From the NCBI GenBank assembly GCA_963824385.1, contig CAWGPD010000001.1, positions 32,001-96,000 of the forward strand: DNA of 64,000 bases, read 5' to 3'. Shown piece after piece: positions 1 through 9,880 of the stretch. Source of the stretch: an uncultured Nitrososphaerota archaeon. GTDB taxonomy: Archaea > Thermoproteota > Nitrososphaeria > Nitrososphaerales > Nitrosopumilaceae. The position numbers and the translations under genes are program-made. The notes under the pieces were generated by a model, which did not search any database, was not told where the DNA came from, and saw only the letters and a list, made by a program, of their open reading frames with translations. How positions within the stretch are numbered: position 1 is the stretch's first letter; each line of letters starts with the position of its first letter.

Positions 1-1
1 A

Positions 2-229
2 AAGATAATCAAGCATGATCTTGACTGTATAAAAAAAGCAGACGTTCTAGTAGTATTACCAGAGCCAAGTTTTGGTGCATCAATCGAGATGTTTGTAGCA
101 AAGAATGCAAAAAAGAAAGTCATTTTATTTTCAAGTAAACCAGTTCCCAGTCCATGGCCGGTTGGATTTTCAGATATTATAGTAACAAGCAAAAAGGAAT
201 TGGTCAGAAAATTAAGCAAGATGATGTAA
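2..229 (+). CDS. Partial (3' end) nucleoside 2-deoxyribosyltransferase-like protein
   Basis: Manual translation KIIKHDLDCIKKADVLVVLPEPSFGASIEMFVAKNAKKKVILF...MM*; the D..I..AD.LV / S.G...E pattern fits the family. Confidence 0.6.
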   Translation, partial: KIIKHDLDCIKKADVLVVLPEPSFGASIEMFVAKNAKKKVILFSSKPVPSPWPVGFSDIIVTSKKELVRKLSKMM

Positions 230-298
230 AGCTTGTTGTTAAAATTATAATTGGCAACTAGGATCAGTTTTAAATAATTTAATCACGTATTAGTAATT

Positions 299-371
299 GG
301 GACGGAAACGCGGGGTAATAACCCGGACGTGACGTACAGTGGTATGGCAGGTAAAAACACGTTTCCGTCCA
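299..371 (+). ncRNA. Candidate small structured RNA
   Basis: GC-rich island closed by an 11-bp stem (GGACGGAAACG 300-310 / CGTTTCCGTCC 360-370) with an internal CGGG/CCCG hairpin; TTTAAATA box about 25 nt upstream and T-tract downstream. Confidence 0.45.
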
Positions 372-457
372 TTATCATATCAAACAAATAATTTTTTAAT
401 GAAATTTATTTTAAAAATGACTAATTTGATATGTGAGACTACATGGTTCTAAATGCA

Positions 458-1105
458 TCATCTAATTATCATGACAGGACATTTGGCTTCTTCTGATACT
501 CTCCTGCTAACACTTCCAAGTGCTGCAAATTTATTCACCCCACGCAATCCTTGACTACCAATTACAATTAGATCCGTCTTTGTTTTAGTTGCAAATTTTA
601 ATATTGAATCAGAAGGTCTTCCCATAAGAACCTCAACTTGTACTTCAACTCCATATTTTGTACACTCGTCGATTTGGTGTTGCAATTTTGTTGGAATGAT
701 AAATTTTTTTGGCAGGATTATTTCACGTTTTAATTTGTTTAGTTTTTTATTTATCACTTCACTTAGAACTCCAGATGGAATGTCAGAGGCAACCTCAATT
801 ACAGAAAGTATGTATATCTTTGAACGGAATGATTTTGCCATTTCAAGTGCCTCGCTTAATGCATTTTTTGAAAAGCTAGATCCATCATATGGGACAAGGA
901 TTTTTCGGTATTTTTGTACAACAGGTGGCGCTCCAGGCATTTTTGATTGCATCCTAGAAGACATAAAATCTATCTTTGATAAATCCCTCAGGAGATTCTC
1001 ATTTGAGCCATATTTTGCATTTTTGAGTATGATCTTTATTGTTTCTCGTATGGCGGATATTTGATTTGCAAGTTCATCGTTTTCTGAATTCTTTGACAAT
1101 GACAT
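458..1105 (-). CDS. Universal stress protein with N-terminal extension
   Basis: KILVPYDGS...DLIVIGSQG...LGSVS...CPVMIIR USP motifs. Confidence 0.9.
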   Translation of the reverse strand: MSLSKNSENDELANQISAIRETIKIILKNAKYGSNENLLRDLSKIDFMSSRMQSKMPGAPPVVQKYRKILVPYDGSSFSKNALSEALEMAKSFRSKIYILSVIEVASDIPSGVLSEVINKKLNKLKREIILPKKFIIPTKLQHQIDECTKYGVEVQVEVLMGRPSDSILKFATKTKTDLIVIGSQGLRGVNKFAALGSVSRRVSEEAKCPVMIIR

Positions 1106-1161
1106 TATCTTTTCTTCCTACAAACCACGATTTTACTTGTTATTAGACCTAACTGATATCA

Positions 1162-2026
1162 TCATGCAAAATGTGGATCATTTTTTGCAAGTCGTTTATG
1201 AGTCTCTGCCTCAGTGTATGCTATTACAATATCAGTTGCACTGATGACACCGCTTAGATTATCACATTCATCAATTACAGGAATTCCACTCACTTTGTAT
1301 TCAACCATCAAATTAGCTGCTTGAGCAAGATCATCTTCAGAGTGTACAGTTATCAACTCGGAACCAATGACATCTCCAATTGTCATTCCCTTACCCGAGT
1401 CATCTGGAAGTAAATAGTTTCTACTGGGATTTTTGAAATAATTACTATTTCTAAGAAAAGAGTCGTATGTTATTAGCCCCATCACTTTTCCCTCACTATC
1501 AGTTACAACAAGTCTAGAAATTTTATTTTTATTTAACATGTCAAGTCCAAAGCAAAGTGAATCAGTCTTTCTACATGTCATTAGTCTTGTTGACATGTAG
1601 TCCTTTACTTTGTACATCCTAGAATATTTAATTGCAAAATTATATACTATGTCAGACTTGGTAGTCAATCCAACCAGTTTTCCATCTTCATTTGTTATTA
1701 TCACAGAACCGATTTGAAAAGTATACATCCTTACTGCGCATTGAGAAAGCATATCGGACTGGCCTGAAGATACAGTTACAAGATTTCTACTCATCATCTC
1801 GTTTAATTCAATTTGAGTCAAATTTCGAGCGGTCTTGTCAGATTCTAAGAAATTTCCAATATCCCTTTCCGTAACAATTCCAATTGGAATATCTTTTTCA
1901 ACAATTACAATTCGTTTAATGTTATTTTTTTGCATCAATTCTAATGCATCGTGTATTGTATGTTCTTTGTATAATGTTACAATAGATTCAGTATATTGTT
2001 TCAGCCTATTTCCACCAATATTCCAT
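1162..2026 (-). CDS. Four-CBS-domain protein (probable 1-bp indel just after the ATG at 2026)
   Basis: Repeated CBS motifs (GIVTERD, GLTTKSD, GVISATD); the frame stays open upstream of 1938 to about 2028. Confidence 0.8.
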
Positions 2027-2102
2027 ATCTAAAAATATATTTAAAATCAAATTATGATTTTCATTCGTGATTATCAAGGATATAATAAAAATTTCACAGT
2101 TC

Positions 2103-2444
2103 CTAATTCTCTAAATCAGAATTAGGAACAATTTCGACTTCAAGAGAGCCATTTTTGAAGCATGTCATTATGGACTTTACTCTGGATTTGTAGAGAAAAT
2201 ATTTTTTCCCGTCTTGGTTAATAGAGCCTGATATTCCCAGTAATTTGTGCCCATGTAACAATTGCACTCTACGGTATGCAGTGCTAATTGGTATTCCACA
2301 CTCGTTGCTTAGGTCGATTGCAGATTTTGGCATCTCCATTGTGGCTTCCAATATACCTCGCGAGTACTTGTCTGCCAGGATTTCAAGATACGCATCTTTT
2401 GTGGATGGTTCTTGAACTGTTTTCCCTTGTAGTAAGACTTGCAT
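2103..2444 (-). CDS. Thaumarchaeal ArsR-like winged-helix regulator
   Basis: ILADKYSR.IL...KSA.DLS.ECGIPISTAYRR...GKKYFLYKSR. Confidence 0.8.
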   Translation of the reverse strand: MQVLLQGKTVQEPSTKDAYLEILADKYSRGILEATMEMPKSAIDLSNECGIPISTAYRRVQLLHGHKLLGISGSINQDGKKYFLYKSRVKSIMTCFKNGSLEVEIVPNSDLEN

Positions 2445-2483
2445 GATGTTGTGTAATGCACTTTTTCATATAATGATCAGGTA

Positions 2484-2502
2484 TGCATTGCAATACAATG
2501 CA
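2484..2502. promoter_or_regulatory. Palindrome TGCATTG-N5-CAATGCA upstream of the wHTH gene (possible autoregulatory operator)
   Basis: Perfect 7-bp inverted repeat about 40 bp upstream of the start, next to the TATA box. Confidence 0.35.
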
Positions 2503-2664
2503 AGCAATATCCATTAATTCTTCAAACATGTTTTTTATCGTATGATCACAATCAGCCTATTTGGACGAGGCGGTCAAGGCATCAAAACTGCATCTCATAT
2601 TATAGGAGAGGCTGCATTTGTATCTGGAAATCAGGTTCAAGACTAGATGATTATTGGTCATCAG

Positions 2665-4812
2665 TTACAAAGCAGCATTAGAAATTACCATTCTTGCATC
2701 AACTGCAATACAGCCTTTACCTTCTTCAAAGACAAGTAATGGATTTATGTCAATTTCCAATATATTAGAAAAGTCTGTAACTAGTTGAGACATTCTCTGC
2801 AAACAATCAATCACAGATGCAATGTCACTTGGTTTTTCCCCCCTGACTCCAGCAAGTATCTTACTTGCCTTTGTAGATTCAATCATTTCAATGGCATCTG
2901 ACTTTGTTATAGGGGCAAGCCTAAATGATACGTCGCTAAAAATATTTACATAAATTCCACCTGTTCCAAACATAAGTAACGGACCAAATTGGGGATCATG
3001 TTTTGCTCCTATGATAACTTCTTTTCCTCCACTTACAAATTTCTCAACTGTTAGTCCCAAAATTTTTGCAGTAGGTTTTTTGTTCTTGACACTCTCCATT
3101 ATTTTGCCAAATCTTTCTCTCACTTCATTTTCATTTTGAATATTTATCTCAACTCCGCCCACATCGACTTTATGTATTATATCAGGAGATGATATTTTCA
3201 AAACAACAGGAAACCCAATTCTTTTTGATACCTCAATGCATTCATCAATATTAGTAACTAGAATTGGCTCAAGCACTGGCACTCCATATGCTTTGAATAT
3301 AACCATGGCATCAAGACCAGAAATGTAATTCTTGCCTTCCTGTCTACACCTATCCATTACATCCTGGACCTTTTTTACATCTACGTCGTATCTTTCTATT
3401 TTTTCAGATGGTCTTTGAATAATAGAACGATATTTTTGCATCATTGCAAGAGCATCAGTGGCAGATTCTGGAAAGGCGTATTGTGGTATTCCGTTATCAT
3501 CAAGAATTTTCATAGCATCTTCATCCTCCATAAATCCAGTTATGCACGAAAGAATTGGCTTATCCTTGAATTTCTTGCTAGTTTCAACCATTATCTGCGC
3601 TAATGCCTTAAGATTGGCCATAAGTAGAGGAGTTGAGATAACTATAACGGAATTTACATCCTTGTCCTGCATAACACATTCAAGTGTTTTTTGATATCTT
3701 AGATGATCAGCATCACCTATCATATCAATAGGATTAATCGTCATTGCATTTGCAGGTAGAATTTTTTTCAATTCAACTAGTGTGGATTCAGATAATTTTG
3801 CAAGCCTCAAGCCATAACGTAATGACGAGTCTGCAGCTATCACTGCAGGACCCCCTGCATTTGATACAATAACAGTGCCGCCATCTAACGGAATTGGTTG
3901 GCAACTAAATGCCATCGCATAATCAAATAACTGTTCTAATGTTTCCACTTTAATTATTCCCGCCTGTTTGAAAATTGCATCATATGCTTCACGTGATCCT
4001 GCAAGTGCACCTGTATGAGATGCAATTGCTTTACCTCCCACAGGTGACTGACCGACCTTCATTGCAAGAATTGGCTTGCTCTTTGAACCATTTTTTGTAA
4101 TGCAAGATGTTGTTTTTATGAAATTCTTTGCATCGTGTAGATCCTCAATATACATGAGAATTACTCGAGTTGACGAATCATTTGCAAGATATGTTAGAAT
4201 ATCATTCTCATTTAGGTCCGCTTTGTTTCCCATGCTAAACACTTTTGAGAATCCAATTTCCTTCATCTTAGCATATTCAATCATTGCGCCGCATATTGCA
4301 CCACTTTGAGAAACAAGTGAGATATTTCCAAATGCTGGCATTCTTTTCATAAAACTTGCATTAAGAGAAATTTTTGGATCAGAGTTCAAAAACCCAACAC
4401 AATTAGGACCAATTAATCGAATTCCATATTTTTTTGCAATGTCAATAACCTGATTTTCTAATTTCTTACCTTGTTCTCCTGCTTCTTTAAAGCCTGCAGA
4501 GATTATCACTGCCCCTTTTACTCCATTTGTGCCGCACTCTTCAATTACTTGTGGAACTGCCTTACTGGGAACGATTACAATGGCAAGATCAATGGGCCCT
4601 TCAATGTCTTTTATGTTAGGATAGCATTTAATTCCAAATATTTCAGAATTTGAAGGATTTACTGGATACAAAATACCAGAATACTTGGCATCCACAAGAT
4701 TTTTTATTACGGCATTGCCAATACTATCTTTTTTATCTGATGCTCCGATAACCGCAATGCCTCTTGGAGAGACTATCGCCTCAACGTGTTCCAGAAATGA
4801 ATTATCAATCAT
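2665..4812 (-). CDS. ADP-forming acyl-CoA synthetase (acetate/4-hydroxybutyrate-CoA ligase family, alpha-beta fusion)
   Basis: IAVIGAS, GPNC, SQSGA, phospho-His motif SHTGALAG, C-terminal ATP-grasp (KISSPDIIHK, EIDINPL). Confidence 0.9.
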   Translation of the reverse strand: MIDNSFLEHVEAIVSPRGIAVIGASDKKDSIGNAVIKNLVDAKYSGILYPVNPSNSEIFGIKCYPNIKDIEGPIDLAIVIVPSKAVPQVIEECGTNGVKGAVIISAGFKEAGEQGKKLENQVIDIAKKYGIRLIGPNCVGFLNSDPKISLNASFMKRMPAFGNISLVSQSGAICGAMIEYAKMKEIGFSKVFSMGNKADLNENDILTYLANDSSTRVILMYIEDLHDAKNFIKTTSCITKNGSKSKPILAMKVGQSPVGGKAIASHTGALAGSREAYDAIFKQAGIIKVETLEQLFDYAMAFSCQPIPLDGGTVIVSNAGGPAVIAADSSLRYGLRLAKLSESTLVELKKILPANAMTINPIDMIGDADHLRYQKTLECVMQDKDVNSVIVISTPLLMANLKALAQIMVETSKKFKDKPILSCITGFMEDEDAMKILDDNGIPQYAFPESATDALAMMQKYRSIIQRPSEKIERYDVDVKKVQDVMDRCRQEGKNYISGLDAMVIFKAYGVPVLEPILVTNIDECIEVSKRIGFPVVLKISSPDIIHKVDVGGVEINIQNENEVRERFGKIMESVKNKKPTAKILGLTVEKFVSGGKEVIIGAKHDPQFGPLLMFGTGGIYVNIFSDVSFRLAPITKSDAIEMIESTKASKILAGVRGEKPSDIASVIDCLQRMSQLVTDFSNILEIDINPLLVFEEGKGCIAVDARMVISNAAL

Positions 4813-5054
4813 ATGTTAAGTCAATTGTACATTTCAATCATATAAGAAATTAGGTAAAACCATCACGACTGAGAATAAAAGTTGAGAACAGAGATAATCT
4901 GTTTATTAATAGGACATCCTGCCTAAATTTAAGATTAGAATGAATTTGAGTACTGAAAAAATCATAATAAATAAACTTGAAAGTATTTTGGAAAAGTCAA
5001 AAAGTGTAAAACAAAGTTCTGATGTTAAAGAATTATCAAATTAGGCTTTAGAAG

Positions 5055-5215
5055 TCTCTTCTCATACCTCTTGCAGTTACAGCGATGGTGGGTGGTATAA
5101 TTGGCTCTAAACTTGGAGCATTCAAGTTCGATCATGATAAAGTAAGAATCATGGTTGAGGAGTTGTGGGAGAGAGCTGCGGCATTAGTCTTACAATGAAG
5201 CTGCTTACAGGATAA
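5055..5215 (+). pseudogene. C-terminal remnant of a TauE/SafE-like membrane protein
   Basis: Reads LLIPLAVTAMVGGIIGSKLGAFKFDHDKVRIMV; no start or N-terminus is visible. Confidence 0.3.
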
Positions 5216-5284
5216 ATTCTAAAACTAATTAGACATCATCAATCAAGCGAGAATCTTAAATAACAACAAATCATGTTCTAAGCA

Positions 5285-5812
5285 TTGCAGATTAAATCAC
5301 TAATTTCATTACTAGCTTTATGTAGTATTACGGTATTTTCTCCAGTCTTTGGTCAGACTAGTTCAGCTCCAATAACTGTAACAACTGACAAGGCAACATA
5401 TTCTGATGGGTCTACAATCACGATTTCTGGAACGGTAGCAGAACAACTCAGCATACCGATATCCGTAATCATCAAAGATAGTACTAACAATTTAGTCTAT
5501 GTTGCTCAAACAAGCCCCACTTCTGGCAATACCTATTCAGTCCAGGTAGTTGCAGGCGGAGATATCTGGAAGACTGCAGGTACATATGAAATTGATGTGA
5601 CATATGGAGGACCAGATAAAACTGCCAAGACGACATTTATGTTCACAGCAACTGCCCAAGCAGCACCTGCAAGTACTACAAGTACTGCAAATCAAACAAG
5701 TCCCAATCAAGCAGTTCCAGAGTTTGGTCCATTATCAATGCCAATATTTGCCATATCCATACTGGCAGTAGTAATTGCGTATGCTAGAATAAGAATGTCT
5801 TTCAAGTTCTAA
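5285..5812 (+). CDS. PEFG-CTERM secreted surface protein
   Basis: Signal peptide, ITVTTDK.TY..G domain, C-terminal VPEFG plus TM helix and basic tail. Confidence 0.85.
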   Translation: MQIKSLISLLALCSITVFSPVFGQTSSAPITVTTDKATYSDGSTITISGTVAEQLSIPISVIIKDSTNNLVYVAQTSPTSGNTYSVQVVAGGDIWKTAGTYEIDVTYGGPDKTAKTTFMFTATAQAAPASTTSTANQTSPNQAVPEFGPLSMPIFAISILAVVIAYARIRMSFKF

Positions 5813-5840
5813 ACATAAAGCAAATTTTTCAATTAAATCA

Positions 5841-6311
5841 TCAATGTATAATCATAACAGGACATTTTGCAAGTTCAGATATTTTTCTACTCACACTTCC
5901 AAGTGCCTTTATTTGACCTACACCGTGTAATCCCTTACTTCCTATCACAATTAGATCAGGATGTATACCACGTTCAAATTTTAAAATTGATTCAACTGGA
6001 TTTCCCGCTACTACGTCATAGGAGGTATTCAGTGCACCTTTTGATTTGCATATGGCCACATCTGCAAGAAGTTCTTTTCTTGCAATAGACTTTGCAGCCA
6101 CAACAAATTCTCCTATTGATTTTTCCAATCGTGTATCTTTTTTCAGCAAGGAAAGCAGCATTCCAGGAGGAAAATCACTTGTATCTACTGCAGTAATTAA
6201 ATATAATTTAGATTTGAATTTCTTGGCAATTTCTATAGCATGTACAAGGGCTTTTCTAGAATATTTTGAGCCATCAATTGGTACAAGTATTTTTTTTACT
6301 GACTCTGCCAA
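5841..6311 (-). CDS. Universal stress protein
   Basis: KILVPIDGS...GSKG...LGSVS...CPVMIIH. Confidence 0.9.
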   Translation of the reverse strand: MAESVKKILVPIDGSKYSRKALVHAIEIAKKFKSKLYLITAVDTSDFPPGMLLSLLKKDTRLEKSIGEFVVAAKSIARKELLADVAICKSKGALNTSYDVVAGNPVESILKFERGIHPDLIVIGSKGLHGVGQIKALGSVSRKISELAKCPVMIIH

Positions 6312-6443
6312 TAATGAATATCTAAAAACACTATACTTAAGTTAATTCTAAAATTTCATTTGTGGGTATACACAGACATTATAATAAAAACCAAATTTGA
6401 GAATTAGCGAAAACCTGTTAAGCAGACTTGTACAAATTGCCTC

Positions 6444-6932
6444 ATGGACAAACCCAAGAAACCAGATACTCCCAACCAGCCAATCGTACCCTCTTGGAGA
6501 CAAAATTGGGGAGATTTGGACAGAGTATTTGACAACTTTCGAAGAGACTTTGAGAGAACCATGACGTCATTTCCAGCCATGAACCTTCCATCAATGCATG
6601 TTTCATCAGTATCATGCGATGTGCTAGATGAGGGAGATCATTATGTCATAAATGCGGAATTACCAGGGATCACAAAAGAAGATGTCAAACTCAATGTCTC
6701 AGACAACAACGTGGAAATATCTGCAGAACACAAAGAAGAGACGGAAGAAAAGAAGAAAAACTATATCAGAAAGGAGCGAAGAGCGTTTTCGTATCACAGA
6801 AGTTTGCCACTACCTGAAAAAGTAGATTCTGCAAAAGCCAAGGCAAAACTAAACAATGGAGTTCTATCAGTAGAAATTCCAAAAATAACCCCTACGCCAA
6901 AGCCTAAAAGCAAAGATATTCCAGTTCAATAA
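6444..6932 (+). CDS. Small heat shock protein Hsp20
   Basis: Alpha-crystallin domain (AELPG, RSLPLPEKVD, LNNGVLSV), C-terminal IPV motif. Confidence 0.92.
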   Translation: MDKPKKPDTPNQPIVPSWRQNWGDLDRVFDNFRRDFERTMTSFPAMNLPSMHVSSVSCDVLDEGDHYVINAELPGITKEDVKLNVSDNNVEISAEHKEETEEKKKNYIRKERRAFSYHRSLPLPEKVDSAKAKAKLNNGVLSVEIPKITPTPKPKSKDIPVQ

Positions 6933-6975
6933 TTTTTTATAATTATAAAAATATTACAAGATAAAAATCTTGAAT

Positions 6976-7884
6976 TTATTTCATAAATGCAGATAACTTG
7001 CCGATATCATCGAAGATTTTTTCGGTAGATAGTTTCAAGAGTTTAGATTCTTTTTCGTCAAGATCTAGTTGCAATATTTCTTTTACCCCGTTTTTCCCAA
7101 AAATTATAGGAACACCCATAGAGAATCCACTAAAGCCATACTCGCCATCCAAATATACTGAAGCAGATGCAAGAAAATCCCTCTCTTCCACTATCGATTT
7201 TGCTATATCAAATGTGTTTTTTGCAGCACCAAATACAGATGCCTCTTTGTAGGCAACAAGATATTTCCAATAGTTTTTTAGTTCATAAGTTATTTCACTA
7301 GTTTTTTTTTCTGAGAGGCTAATTTTCTGACCTTGTGATTTTGCGTTTGAAAAAAGTGGAACCATTGTAGAACCATGTTCACCAATAACCAATCCATCTA
7401 TTTGTCCTTGTTTTACGCCCAGTTCTTTTGCAAGAAGGTAGCGAAATCTACTAGAGTCCAAACTAGAACCCATTCCAATAACTCGTCCTCTTGGAAACTT
7501 GGTTTGTTGCAGTATTTGATACGCCATAACATCTATAGGATTAGTTACAACAATCACCTTTGCCTCATCTGCATACTTTGTGAGATTTTTACATATTTCT
7601 GATACAATTGGAACATTAAATGGCAAAAGTTCAGCCCTGTCTTCTTTGATGACTCCACCGCTTACGGTAATTATTACAACATCAGAATTTTTCATCTTGG
7701 AATAATCATCAGTTCCCATAACAGAGATGAGTGATTTTTCAGGCAGAGCATTGCTAACATCCATGGCTTCACCAAGAGCTTTATTCTTTGATCTATTGAT
7801 AATGACCAAGTCATCTAGTCCTGATTGTCCAACTAAAAATGCAACTGCAGATCCTACACGACCTGCACCAATTATAGAAATCAT
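6976..7884 (-). CDS. Lactate/malate dehydrogenase family protein (divergent)
   Basis: GAGRVG, VTNPID, LDSSRF, GEHG motifs. Confidence 0.85.
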   Translation of the reverse strand: MISIIGAGRVGSAVAFLVGQSGLDDLVIINRSKNKALGEAMDVSNALPEKSLISVMGTDDYSKMKNSDVVIITVSGGVIKEDRAELLPFNVPIVSEICKNLTKYADEAKVIVVTNPIDVMAYQILQQTKFPRGRVIGMGSSLDSSRFRYLLAKELGVKQGQIDGLVIGEHGSTMVPLFSNAKSQGQKISLSEKKTSEITYELKNYWKYLVAYKEASVFGAAKNTFDIAKSIVEERDFLASASVYLDGEYGFSGFSMGVPIIFGKNGVKEILQLDLDEKESKLLKLSTEKIFDDIGKLSAFMK

Positions 7885-7890
7885 CAGTAG

Positions 7891-8373
7891 TTACTTTACA
7901 ACAAGGACTGGAATATGTGACTTGTGTACAATTGCATTTGAGACACTTCCCAAGAACGCTTCTTTTATTCCTCCCATCCCTCTAGATCCTATAACGACAA
8001 GATCAAATTTGTTTTGTTTCATAAAATCAATAATATCAGATGTCGAATCTCCGTAGATAATTTTATGACGAAACACAATACCATTTTGTGCCGATTTTAC
8101 TTTGGCTTGTTCCATAAATTTTTCTGCATCTTTGATAAGTTTTGCCTTTAAAGGAGTTACAAGATCACCCAGATGCTGAGGATAAACTGAGACTACGTTA
8201 ATGCCAGTTATTATTGCGCCGCATTGTCTTGCCAGAAAGATTGCCATATCAAGTCCAGTAAATGATGTCTTTGAACCATCTAGCGGTACTAGAATTTTGG
8301 CAATTTTTGTCTTGATCATAAAATCACTTGGAGATAGGTATGATTTATCATCACCTCTTATTATCGCAGACAA
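7891..8373 (-). CDS. Universal stress protein
   Basis: KILVPLDGS...GSRG...FLGSVS...PVLVVK; the true start may be MIKTK. Confidence 0.9.
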   Translation of the reverse strand: MSAIIRGDDKSYLSPSDFMIKTKIAKILVPLDGSKTSFTGLDMAIFLARQCGAIITGINVVSVYPQHLGDLVTPLKAKLIKDAEKFMEQAKVKSAQNGIVFRHKIIYGDSTSDIIDFMKQNKFDLVVIGSRGMGGIKEAFLGSVSNAIVHKSHIPVLVVK

Positions 8374-8437
8374 AAACCAACTGTTTTACTTTTATAGCCC
8401 TAGATTATTATTGAGGAAATAAGGAGCAAAAAGAGAA

Positions 8438-9607
8438 ATGAGTTCACCACAAGTAATCTATGGACATTTAAAAGAAGTAAGAGATCTCAAGGTAGATAAA
8501 ATATTAAAGAAGGCAACCACTATCGATTCGACTGATTCCATATCTAAAATAGTCGGAGTTTTGATAAATTCTGATTCTTATGAGGTATTCTGCATGGACG
8601 GCAAGGACGTTCTCACAATAAGCGCACGTGAGCTTTTAGGCATCAAAGACATGGGGGATGTAAAGATAAAACCATTATTACGAAAGATTCAGCCGCTGAC
8701 TAGAAATGATACTGTGGAAAAGGCAGCTGCAATTTTATCTCATTACAGAATGCGTTCAGTACCAGTAGTAGAAGGAAATGAGATAGTCGGAGCAGTCAAT
8801 GGAAAAGACATTGTTGAACTATTACAGAAACAGGATTTAAAATGGGTACCAGCTAGTAACATACTAACTGCAGACCCGATTACTATAACCAGTACTGATT
8901 CTATTGCAACTGCAAGAAAATTAATGATAACAAAAAGAATTGATCATCTTCCAGTCATCAAAGGCGGTAAAGTTTCTCAAGTGGTGACATCTATGCACTT
9001 GTTGCAAGTGATAAAACCTACAGAAAGATTAGGGATGGGGTTAAGAGGACTAGATTTACAAAAGAAATACAAAGAAAATATAGCAAACATGGGCAGTACA
9101 CGCATTCCAAATCTTAACACCAATGCGCCACTCAGTTTAGTGATAGAATCAATGCTAAAGAATGACTCATCATGTTGTTTGCTTACTCTAATGGACCATG
9201 TCCATGGAATAATTACTTACAAAGATATCATCAACTTGCTTGAATCAAGAGTACCAAGTGATGTTCCACTATACATTGTTGGCCTTCCTGAAGATTACAG
9301 TAGTGCAGAAATTGTCAAAACAAAGTTTGACAAAATTATTAGAAACCTTACGAAAGTATACCCTGAAGTAGAGCAGGCCAAGGCATCAATTAAGACAGTA
9401 CACAACCCAGATAGCAATAGACCACATTACGAAGTCAGTGTCAGAGTATTCAGTCCATACAGAACCTACAACTATACTGAAATGGGATGGGATCTCTCAA
9501 AAGTTTTCGATACTCTAGGTAGCAAATTAATCCGAAACTTGTCTCAACGCAGCAAGAAACGTTGGAAGACTAGCATTAGAAAAGTAGACAAGCATGATAT
9601 CTTCTAG
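8438..9607 (+). CDS. Four-CBS plus C-terminal HPF/RaiA-like domain protein (putative ribosome hibernation factor)
   Basis: Four CBS repeats, then a beta-alpha-beta-beta-beta-alpha pattern ending in WDLSKVFDTLGSKLIRNL, like the HPF DLYAAID...KLERQL helix. Confidence 0.7.
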   Translation: MSSPQVIYGHLKEVRDLKVDKILKKATTIDSTDSISKIVGVLINSDSYEVFCMDGKDVLTISARELLGIKDMGDVKIKPLLRKIQPLTRNDTVEKAAAILSHYRMRSVPVVEGNEIVGAVNGKDIVELLQKQDLKWVPASNILTADPITITSTDSIATARKLMITKRIDHLPVIKGGKVSQVVTSMHLLQVIKPTERLGMGLRGLDLQKKYKENIANMGSTRIPNLNTNAPLSLVIESMLKNDSSCCLLTLMDHVHGIITYKDIINLLESRVPSDVPLYIVGLPEDYSSAEIVKTKFDKIIRNLTKVYPEVEQAKASIKTVHNPDSNRPHYEVSVRVFSPYRTYNYTEMGWDLSKVFDTLGSKLIRNLSQRSKKRWKTSIRKVDKHDIF

Positions 9608-9684
9608 AAGATAGAATTCAAGATTAGTTCTCTAAAAGGTAGAATATCACATTATTATGTAACGATGTTCTAAACAAATGCGAT

Positions 9685-9792
9685 ATGGATGGAGATCATT
9701 TCTGGAAACAAAACGTGTGCTCTGACTGCAAGCGAGTCAAATGCCAAAAAGGATGCAATTGTGATTGCCATTGGAACAAAAATAACATCTAA
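9685..9792 (+). CDS. 35-aa Cys-rich microprotein
   Basis: Manual translation MDGDHFWKQNVCSDCKRVKCQKGCNCDCHWNKNNI*. Confidence 0.5.
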   Translation: MDGDHFWKQNVCSDCKRVKCQKGCNCDCHWNKNNI

Positions 9793-9880
9793 TGCAATAT
9801 CTGAACAAAATTCAACACTCACAGGTCATTATGAATAAAAATAGATTCTCAAGTTTTAAATTATCAAACAAGTCCATAAC

